DNA from: Patescibacteria group bacterium
GTDB taxonomy: Bacteria > Patescibacteriota > Microgenomatia > Levybacterales > UBA12049
Length of the DNA stretch: 44,131 bases
Direction: 5' to 3'
NCBI GenBank assembly: GCA_023485865.1
Contig: JAMCZC010000035.1
Coordinates: 1 to 44,131, forward strand
Shown here: one piece after another, positions 17,862 to 25,273 of the stretch
Position numbering within the stretch: the stretch's first letter is position 1
Layout of the letters: each line of letters begins with the position of its first letter
Notes under the pieces: model-generated
What the model saw: the letters and a program-made list of their open reading frames with translations, nothing else
Databases searched by the model: none
Told to the model about the DNA's origin: nothing
Position numbers and translations under genes: made by a program

Positions 17862-18917
17862 TTATTTAGCTTCGGGGGTTTCGGGAGCCTCCGTCTTCTT
17901 TTCTGAAGGTTTTACATCAGATTTCTTTCCAAACGAGGGTTTTTTGAAGCCGTTTTTTCTGTAATACATGCTTCCCAGAATCAAGGCTATAATTACAAGG
18001 ATTACAATGACTGCGATTTTCCAGGGGAAAACCCAGAAATAAACGGCTGACGCTAAGGGAAGGTTGTTATTTACTCCATAACTTGCCAGAAGCTCCGCTT
18101 TAAAGCGGCCAATCATCAGTTTTCCTCCAAACTGATTTTCATAGTCTCTGGCTGCTTGAGGGAAGATATTGTTTTCTTTAAGCGGCAGAATCGCTTTTCG
18201 CCCAAGCATATCCGATACGGTTATGTATCCTTGCGGCCTGATGTGCAAGTCTCCGAAGTTTTTTATTTGGGTTAATATCTTTACCGGTCCGTATTCCTGG
18301 AAACCGTTGGCAAAGAATTTGGTAACAGTTGCGCTTTCTTTAATGGGGCCCTTTACCGTAATATAAAAGAGCGAACCTGCTTGCGTAACCACCGTGGCTC
18401 CCGTGCCTCCAACGTTAACATTTGTCGCAGGAGTGTATAAAACGGCGGCATAATGACCCCCGGGCCTTGCGTTTTTAGGCACCTGGATAAAATAATTCAA
18501 CTCTTGTCTTGCGCGCGATTTTATTGTAAACGTATCGGGCGTTACGCCTAGCCAGGCAGCGGCAGAATATTTATTTGAGAGGCTATTGTTGGGAAGGAAA
18601 ACCGGTGTTCCGATAGTGTCTTCTACTATAAAGTCTTTTACAGCAGTTGTAAAAGTTAAATCATGGTCGGTATCGTTAATTACTTTTAAAGTCCCTTCGG
18701 CTGTTTGGCCCGGATCAAGCTTTTGGGAGACGGTAGGGGGACTTATGGTATAAGTTCTGAACGTTTCCTGGGCCCTTGCCCTTTGGGCAAGAATGACACC
18801 AATAAGCAAATAAGCAAATAAGCAAGCAGATAATAACCCAATACGCAAATATGCAAATGACAAATGAATGTTTAAATGTCTGAATGAATTAATTTGGTAA
18901 TTTTTTGATTTAATCAT
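17862..18917 (-). CDS. DUF916/DUF3324-like (WxL-interacting-like) secreted protein with C-terminal TM
   Basis: TISPP..LDPGQT..LKVIN..AAWL..IQVPKNARPGGHYAAV..IKNFGDLHIRPQG..GRFKAEL..FWVFPWK followed by TM and basic tail. Confidence 0.75.
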   Translation of the reverse strand: MIKSKNYQINSFRHLNIHLSFAYLRIGLLSACLFAYLLIGVILAQRARAQETFRTYTISPPTVSQKLDPGQTAEGTLKVINDTDHDLTFTTAVKDFIVEDTIGTPVFLPNNSLSNKYSAAAWLGVTPDTFTIKSRARQELNYFIQVPKNARPGGHYAAVLYTPATNVNVGGTGATVVTQAGSLFYITVKGPIKESATVTKFFANGFQEYGPVKILTQIKNFGDLHIRPQGYITVSDMLGRKAILPLKENNIFPQAARDYENQFGGKLMIGRFKAELLASYGVNNNLPLASAVYFWVFPWKIAVIVILVIIALILGSMYYRKNGFKKPSFGKKSDVKPSEKKTEAPETPEAK

Positions 18918-18960
18918 TTATAAATTTATTTGCATATTCGTCATTTGCATATTTGAAATT
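18847..18960. repeat. Family A long variant, ~114 bp near-identical to 23521-23634; spans the gene start
   Basis: Three mismatches seen between copies; both encode MIKSKNYQINSFRHLNIHLSFAYL. Confidence 0.9.
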
Positions 18961-18973
18961 CTTTCTAGCCTTG

Positions 18974-20425
18974 CTAGAAAGTAGCTGTCGCAACGTAAGT
19001 TACGACGCTATAATAAGTTCCTGCCGGAATTGTTACATCAACAGCGCCTGCATATTCGACCGATGTCAATCCCGCTCCTACGCCTCCTGTTGCTGCGGTG
19101 TTACCAATCGGTCCGGTAGACGCAGAAGCTAAGGTTACAGCTGTTGATTGCGTCGGCCAGCCGTATTTTGCGCCGGTTCCACCGCCTGTTGCGTCATTTC
19201 TTGTTGTTGTATACCAGATTGACGTCACGTTGAGCCCGCAAGGGTGGATGCCAAACCACGGTACATTAATTGTCATTGCCGTAGGTGTAGTGCTATCGGG
19301 AATCCAGATCCCTGTGGCCGGGTTTACAAGGTGTCCCGAAGAGGTTGCTGTAAGAGTATAGCCGCCGCTGGCATTGGTGCTAATAGTTATAAGCTGGGCG
19401 GAGATATTGATTGTTGAGGTGTTAAGAATTCCTAAGTTAATCGTTGTTGCCGTTGAAGCAATTCCGGAGTTAACAGATTCGGTATTTGTACAGCCGGTTG
19501 TGTTCCCGGTATTAATAGCGCCCGATACGGGAGCGATGGTAAAAGTAAGAGTCGGGTCAACAGTTGCCTGAACCTGCACCGATTCTATAGTTCCAATCGT
19601 AGCCTTTGCGCTGTCTAGCGTTACACTGTTGTTGTCTTGAGTCTGAATAGAAATTTTCCAGTTATCTGCAGTTCCGGCGGCTGCTGATTTTGTCGGGTTG
19701 ATAAGCCTAGGGGAATTAGTCGTGCAGCTTGTTTCGTTGCTGGAGCTATCAGCACAGCCAATAAGAAAAGTTATCACTGTGCCTCCAACTACTGAACCTC
19801 CCGCATCAACAGTGCAAGTAATTGTTGGCGTTTGTCCTGAAGTAGCAATTGCAAAAGTGCATGTTCTTGTCCCGTCAAGCTTATAAGAAATATTGCTTGC
19901 GGAGTTTGCAGTGGTAAGACCATTAAACGAAAAGGTCGTAGCAGATGGAGATGCCGTTGTTACGGCAGTGCCTGGAAAAGTAAGTACTATTTTTCCGCTT
20001 GCCGGAACGGTAGAAATCGTTGTGAACTGAATTTTATGCGTTGTTGTAATGGCGGTTGTTATCGGATCTCCTGCGTGGTGGGTATTTGCTGCCGTATTGG
20101 TAAAGTAGACGATTCTTTGATTGGAAGAAGGTGTGTTTGCGGCAGACATTGAGGCAACATTAACCGTGTTTAAAGTTTCTCCGGTATCCGGCCAAAGAAC
20201 AGCAGAGTCCGATGCTAAAAAAATGGAGCCATTGTCATTTATAGTTACCTGTCCGGCAGAAGCAGCCTGATTAGATGTCAAAGGTGCGGAAGCGGATGGG
20301 CGGGAAGTGGTGATAGTGTCAGAAACGCTCGTTAGGGAAGCTGCCCTGGCTTTTTGCACAAAAAAACCCCCGGTCAGGAGAAAGAAAATCAAAATGAACA
20401 CAAGCCTACGAATAGTAATTGCCAT
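18974..20425 (-). CDS. Secreted Thr/Ser-rich surface protein with C-terminal WxL/pilin-like beta domain
   Basis: Signal peptide; DPTLTFTI..ISTNASGGYTLTA..IPAGTYYSVVTYVATATF at the C-terminus. Upstream TTGACA at 20486-20491 (minus). Confidence 0.75.
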   Translation of the reverse strand: MAITIRRLVFILIFFLLTGGFFVQKARAASLTSVSDTITTSRPSASAPLTSNQAASAGQVTINDNGSIFLASDSAVLWPDTGETLNTVNVASMSAANTPSSNQRIVYFTNTAANTHHAGDPITTAITTTHKIQFTTISTVPASGKIVLTFPGTAVTTASPSATTFSFNGLTTANSASNISYKLDGTRTCTFAIATSGQTPTITCTVDAGGSVVGGTVITFLIGCADSSSNETSCTTNSPRLINPTKSAAAGTADNWKISIQTQDNNSVTLDSAKATIGTIESVQVQATVDPTLTFTIAPVSGAINTGNTTGCTNTESVNSGIASTATTINLGILNTSTINISAQLITISTNASGGYTLTATSSGHLVNPATGIWIPDSTTPTAMTINVPWFGIHPCGLNVTSIWYTTTRNDATGGGTGAKYGWPTQSTAVTLASASTGPIGNTAATGGVGAGLTSVEYAGAVDVTIPAGTYYSVVTYVATATF

Positions 20426-20576
20426 TTTTCATAGCACCGGAACGACAGTACTAATACTATATATATTGAGGAAATTTTTAATACTTGTCAAGTGCCAGTC
20501 TGGCCTTTATTGGTAGTTTTTTTAATTCTTATTGCTATTACTAGTATAACAGAAGGTTTTGATATTCTATGGATAA

Positions 20577-22493
20577 TTATTTTAAAGATATTGTTGAGGT
20601 ATAAAAGCTTCCGTCACTTAAAGTTGCTTTTAGCTGGTAAGTTCCAGGGCTTCCAAGAGGTGGGTTTTGGGTAGATAAATTGTAAATATAAATGTTGTTT
20701 GTCGAATCATATCTAAACTGGTTTCCAGTGTCAGCATTACTTGTTGACGTTGTTGCTTCGTCTGTCCCTACAATACCGTCCGTTATTTTTGCAACATAAA
20801 GATAAACAGTTGCATTGCTAATAATATTCCCGTTGTAGTTAGTTAATTGAAATTTAATTGGTATTGTCCCTCCGGTTTTAAAAACTTTATTATCTCCTAA
20901 AGGCGGAAGGAATCCTCCAAAATTGTAATGGACGTAGTAGATAACAGTTTTTGTTGCAGTATTTCCGGCTTTATCTGCTGCAGAAACCATAAAACTATGC
21001 GCACCAACAGTGCCAGTATCAATGTTTTGTCCGCTAGGAACTGTTCCAGTCGAGGATGCAACTCCTGATAAATTGTCTGTTGTTGACCAAACAGCCGTTA
21101 TAGGTTGATTTAAAATATAAGAATTTCCATCAATAGGGGAATTAATTATAATTGTTGGAGGAGTTTTATCAATTTTGAGAGTATAAGTATTAGTTTGTTC
21201 TACATTCCCCGCAATATCCACCGACCAATAAGTTATTGTATTCGTTCCTTCATTTGAAATTGTAAAGCTTGTAGAATTTCCCGATATTACCTGTTCGACT
21301 CCTCCGTTAATTGTATAATGTATCTCCTTTACTCCTGAACCGCCATTATTATCTGTTGCATTTAAAGTTACATTTACATCCGTAAAATTCCACCCATTTA
21401 CATCCTGTTGGGGATTTTGAGTAAGGTTAGTTACTGGAGGAATTGAATCAACAATGTCGTTAAAGACATTTAAATTACCAGAAGTAGCATCTCTTACATA
21501 AATTAAGCCGGTAGCTGAATTTACCACTACATTCCACGGAGAGGATGTATGGGGATCAGCGAACTCAATGGGATCATTTATTGCTCCGTCTACCACTGCT
21601 ATTACTGCATTGCTGTTTGTATAAGTTTGAAAATCTGATATATAAATTCTATTGGTTGAAGTGTTAATATCCATACCAGCACTATAAAAACCCACATTTG
21701 TAGTTTTAACAACGGAGTTAGTTGACATATTTATTATATTAAGTTCATCTGCCAGCCAGCTATTAGAATACAAAAGATTAGTGTTGGGATTCAAAACTAA
21801 AACACTTGGTGTCTGACTAACCGGTATTTCGGTAGTTATCGTGTTAGAAATTGTATCAACTACTCCAATACGCCCAGAGTTCCAGGCTCCTAAATAAAGG
21901 GCATTTGTATTAGCATTTAATGCCATAGATGGAACTGAAGCTGCCGACGAAGAAGTTATGGTTGTTAATATTTGATTAGAGTTACCATCTACTACAAATA
22001 CTGTTCCTCCAAGACGGTAATAAATAGTATTGTTATTAGAATTTATAACAAGATATGAGTCACCTTGTGTTCCTACGGGATTTGTGGTAGTTGATTGGAT
22101 TATAGCATATGTGTTTCCATCTATAGAGATTAAATGTTGCGCACCAGCGGTTCCTACGTATATGGTATTAGTTACCTGGTTAAAAGCAATTGAGGAAGTA
22201 GATTCACCTAAGACTGGCCCATGAAGAGGAATTGACGCTATGGTAGAATTGTCATTCAAATTTATTACCTGTACAGTGTCATAGCCGGTCAATACATACA
22301 TTTTATTTGTTGCTTTATTTATTGTCATAGATCTGACACCTCCGAAATTTTCAAAATGAATACTCTGAAGATATTGCATTGAGGCATATGATTTGAGAGG
22401 AAAAGAAGATGCTAGAATAATAAAAAAAATAAAAAAAACTGAAACTCCAATGAGGAAATATATAGAAGAAGAAAACTGTTTTCTTGTCCTCAT
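20577..22493 (-). CDS. YncE/YVTN-type beta-propeller + Ig-like domains + PxKF-type C-terminal domain, secreted
   Basis: Repeated N-x-x-TN-x-IYV blades; D-x-x-PP-x-T Ig starts, SGVKEIHYTING..ITYWSVDIAGNVE; FGGFLPP..TIPIKFQL. ATG 22493 preferred over the ORF-track start 22526. Confidence 0.8.
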   Translation of the reverse strand: MRTRKQFSSSIYFLIGVSVFFIFFIILASSFPLKSYASMQYLQSIHFENFGGVRSMTINKATNKMYVLTGYDTVQVINLNDNSTIASIPLHGPVLGESTSSIAFNQVTNTIYVGTAGAQHLISIDGNTYAIIQSTTTNPVGTQGDSYLVINSNNNTIYYRLGGTVFVVDGNSNQILTTITSSSAASVPSMALNANTNALYLGAWNSGRIGVVDTISNTITTEIPVSQTPSVLVLNPNTNLLYSNSWLADELNIINMSTNSVVKTTNVGFYSAGMDINTSTNRIYISDFQTYTNSNAVIAVVDGAINDPIEFADPHTSSPWNVVVNSATGLIYVRDATSGNLNVFNDIVDSIPPVTNLTQNPQQDVNGWNFTDVNVTLNATDNNGGSGVKEIHYTINGGVEQVISGNSTSFTISNEGTNTITYWSVDIAGNVEQTNTYTLKIDKTPPTIIINSPIDGNSYILNQPITAVWSTTDNLSGVASSTGTVPSGQNIDTGTVGAHSFMVSAADKAGNTATKTVIYYVHYNFGGFLPPLGDNKVFKTGGTIPIKFQLTNYNGNIISNATVYLYVAKITDGIVGTDEATTSTSNADTGNQFRYDSTNNIYIYNLSTQNPPLGSPGTYQLKATLSDGSFYTSTISLK

Positions 22494-22541
22494 ATTAAAT
22501 TTAATAATAGAGCGCTTCTGATACAATTGTCAAGATCCAAT

Positions 22542-23591
22542 TCAGACTTTATTGGCGGTTTTTTTAACTCTTATGATAATTGCCGTAATAATCAATATTA
22601 TGATTAAAATTCCAAACAAAGTTTCGGTTGGAAAAGCATAGAAACTGACAGTTCTTCTATAAAGAGGGCCTTGGTCGGAGAGAGCGATGGTTAGAGTCGC
22701 GGTATATGGTCCAAAAAGAAAGGTTTCGGGCCAGACGGCGGCAGGGGACTTAAGACTCAAGACGTAAGACTTAAAAGAGGCGGGGGTGGTAGCGGTTGGA
22801 GATTGCAAAGAGTCGGGGATAGAGCGGACGGACTGGGATAAAATATTCACAGGCAGTAAATCTACATTTCCCACGGTTTGTCCAAACATGTTTTTGATTA
22901 GGATATTGCCTTTGGTGGTTATAAAATGGTCGCTTGTATTCCTAACCCGCACCGTAAAAGGCACAGGGCCGCTTGGGACAAAAAGAGGCGCCGAAAACTC
23001 TTCAATGTTTCCTTGGGTCATACCTTTGGGGCCAACCGAAAGCAATACGTTTGTGGCTATTCCGGCAGCTTGGCCGGACACATTTGCAGTTTTCGCAGGC
23101 TGATTACTGGATATAAAAACAATTGAAAAATAATAATCTCCCAAAGGTTCTCCTTGAGGGAGCGCAATTTCAAGCATTAATTCTTTTTTCTGTCCGGGGG
23201 AAAGAGTTATAGAGTCAATAGAGGTGTCTTGGTCAAGAATTTGCATTTTGTCAAAGATAAAAGGATCGACGTAGCTAAAATCCGATAAATAGGTGACCTG
23301 ACCGTTTTCGCTGTCGGAAGCTGTAAAAGGTTTTATACCGATTCGTAAATCAACGGGATCATTTCCTAAATTTTCGATTAAAATTTTTGATTTTATGTCT
23401 GTCGGCGGCGTTGCCTGGATTTGCAGGATGGGAGGAAAAACACCCAGTGAAACCTGCGCTTGCGCAGCAGGCGCAAAAATAAGCAAATAAGCAAATAAGC
23501 CAACCAATAAGCAAATAAGCAAATAAGCAAATGACAAATGAATGTTTAAATGTCTGAATGAATTAATTTGGTAATTTTTTGATTTAATCAT
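22542..23591 (-). CDS. Second DUF916/DUF3324-like secreted protein with C-terminal TM
   Basis: LGVFPP..LIENLG..LPQGEPLGDYYFSIVF..VRNTSDHFITTKG..GPYTATL..FYAFP + TM; paralogous layout to 17862-18917. Confidence 0.72.
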   Translation of the reverse strand: MIKSKNYQINSFRHLNIHLSFAYLLICLLVGLFAYLLIFAPAAQAQVSLGVFPPILQIQATPPTDIKSKILIENLGNDPVDLRIGIKPFTASDSENGQVTYLSDFSYVDPFIFDKMQILDQDTSIDSITLSPGQKKELMLEIALPQGEPLGDYYFSIVFISSNQPAKTANVSGQAAGIATNVLLSVGPKGMTQGNIEEFSAPLFVPSGPVPFTVRVRNTSDHFITTKGNILIKNMFGQTVGNVDLLPVNILSQSVRSIPDSLQSPTATTPASFKSYVLSLKSPAAVWPETFLFGPYTATLTIALSDQGPLYRRTVSFYAFPTETLFGILIIILIITAIIIRVKKTANKV

Positions 23592-23634
23592 TTATAAATT
23601 TATTTGCATATTTATCATTTGCATATTTGAAATT
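23521..23634. repeat. Family A long variant, near-identical to 18847-18960
   Basis: Direct comparison, offset 4674. Confidence 0.9.
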
Positions 23635-23655
23635 TGTAATTTGAAATTCCTTCTT

Positions 23656-24405
23656 TCAGAAGGATGGTGTTGCGATATAGTTTATAACATTTGTATATAA
23701 TCCTGCCGCCTGGCTGTTTGAAATATTTAATTTATAGGTAATTTGCGCTTGTCTTCCTCTGCCGACATTTACAGAGCTCATAACTGTTACTGCCGAAGGC
23801 GAAGCCGCAAAAGGTTTATAAAAGTCGGTATGTCCGGTGAATTGAGAGTCGCAATCGGTCCCTGAAAGATTGTCACATCTATATCCAAATCCAAAAGTAT
23901 TAGGATCATTCCATAAAGCCGCGGTTGTAGTGTTGCAGGCACCGCTGTTGCAAGCGGTATCGGGAATCATTTGGCCGGATGAAGCGACCAGCAGAGCATG
24001 GTTTTCAGACGCTGTTACCGTATAGCCAAAAGCAGAACCGTTGGAAACGGTTAAATTATTGCTTCGTGTTACGGCAATAGTCGGACTAATCGTTCCAAAA
24101 TCAATATTTGTTTGCGAAATACTAAATGAGAAGGGAATAATGGACTTGATGTATTGAAAACCGGCCCGTACTTTAAAATTTGTGCCTGTATAAAGCCCCG
24201 GAGCTGTTTGGCCGACCGTAAGGTTTAAGGTAAATCCTCCGGTTGTAGTTTTCCCCGCCGCAGTATTAAAATTGCCAAAACGCAGTATAAAGTTTGCGTT
24301 TGACATAGTTTGAGCGGCAACGCCGCTCAAACTTAATAAGCAAATAAGCAAATAAGCAAATAACCCAATAAAAAGAGAACGTTTAAATGACAAAAATTTA
24401 TTCAT
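23656..24405 (-). CDS. Small secreted WxL/pilin-like protein
   Basis: Signal peptide; FSFSIS..IDFGTI..LTVSNGSAFGYTVTA..QAAGLYTNVINYIATPSF, the same C-terminal pattern as 18974-20425. Confidence 0.75.
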   Translation of the reverse strand: MNKFLSFKRSLFIGLFAYLLICLLSLSGVAAQTMSNANFILRFGNFNTAAGKTTTGGFTLNLTVGQTAPGLYTGTNFKVRAGFQYIKSIIPFSFSISQTNIDFGTISPTIAVTRSNNLTVSNGSAFGYTVTASENHALLVASSGQMIPDTACNSGACNTTTAALWNDPNTFGFGYRCDNLSGTDCDSQFTGHTDFYKPFAASPSAVTVMSSVNVGRGRQAQITYKLNISNSQAAGLYTNVINYIATPSF

Positions 24406-24453
24406 TTAGTAATTCGATTATTGATTTGCATATTTGTCATTTGTAGTATTTGT

Positions 24454-25089
24454 TTATTTTTTCGACTCTTCTCTTAGGTCTTCTGTTTCTTCCAAAATTT
24501 CATTTAATTTTTGCACATCCTGCTCTTTCAAATTAGCTTTTTCATCTTTTATTACCTCCTCAACGTCTTCGGAAATCGTGTCGGCGGCCTCTTTTGTCCG
24601 TTCTTCTAAAGCCTCAATATCGGCTTCTTCCTTATCCGACTTTCTGTATTCTCTGCCGAAAAAATAGACCAGGGGAGAAATAAGAAGGAGCGACCCGACT
24701 TTTATAAAATTACCAAAAGCGTCTCCTCTTAAAGCATCCGGCAAAAATACCAAAACCGCGCCCACTATAAAAATAAAAATAGCCGGAGGTTCAAAAACAA
24801 AAGCAATTCCAAAACCCAAAAAGTATAAAAGAAAGAAAAGGCTCGAGGAAATGCTTCCGGTTGCAAAGACCAAAAGCAGAATAATCGTGTTTAAAATGAA
24901 AATTCCCCAGGGCCCCTCGCCGCCCATTGTTAAAAATCCCTGGCCTTTCCTTCGGGCAGAGATTATTAGATATACAACAACCAGGACGCCTAATATCTGA
25001 ACAGTGTAGCCGGAAAGCGGTGTATTTTGCCAAACAAAAACCAATACAAAAGATAAAATTAAAACCAGGGCTTGGAGAATGAACCTCAT
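24454..25089 (-). CDS. Multi-pass membrane protein with acidic coiled-coil C-terminus, unknown function
   Basis: About six hydrophobic segments; TGSISSSLFFLLYF; charged tail. Confidence 0.75.
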   Translation of the reverse strand: MRFILQALVLILSFVLVFVWQNTPLSGYTVQILGVLVVVYLIISARRKGQGFLTMGGEGPWGIFILNTIILLLVFATGSISSSLFFLLYFLGFGIAFVFEPPAIFIFIVGAVLVFLPDALRGDAFGNFIKVGSLLLISPLVYFFGREYRKSDKEEADIEALEERTKEAADTISEDVEEVIKDEKANLKEQDVQKLNEILEETEDLREESKK

Positions 25090-25133
25090 ACACAATAATC
25101 GTAATCAATTTAGTTTTATAATTCAAGTATAGT

Positions 25134-25162
25134 TTGTCTGTTTATGGAAAAATTGCTATACT
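25134..25162 (+). promoter_or_regulatory. Putative promoter of leuS-comEA-four-helix-comEC
   Basis: TTGTCT-N17-TATACT with extended TG. Confidence 0.55.
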
Positions 25163-25174
25163 CACGTTAAGTAT

Positions 25175-25273
25175 AATTTAAAATTTCAAATTATAAATTT
25201 CTAATCAAATCTAAATGTTAAAATTTCAAAATTTAAAATTCAATGAAAATTAAAAATTTAAAATTTAAAATTA
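25175..25273. repeat. AT-rich heptamer-built element (family B), overlapping the leuS start
   Basis: aaatttc/aaattta units with caaatctaaa core; related to 27892-27992 and 42956-43060. Confidence 0.65.

Noticed and set aside
18847-23634. DGR template/variable repeat pair (Avd-like genes are nearby)
   Set aside because: No reverse transcriptase in the window, the repeats lie at 5' ends rather than in C-terminal variable regions, and the three mismatches are not all adenine-specific.
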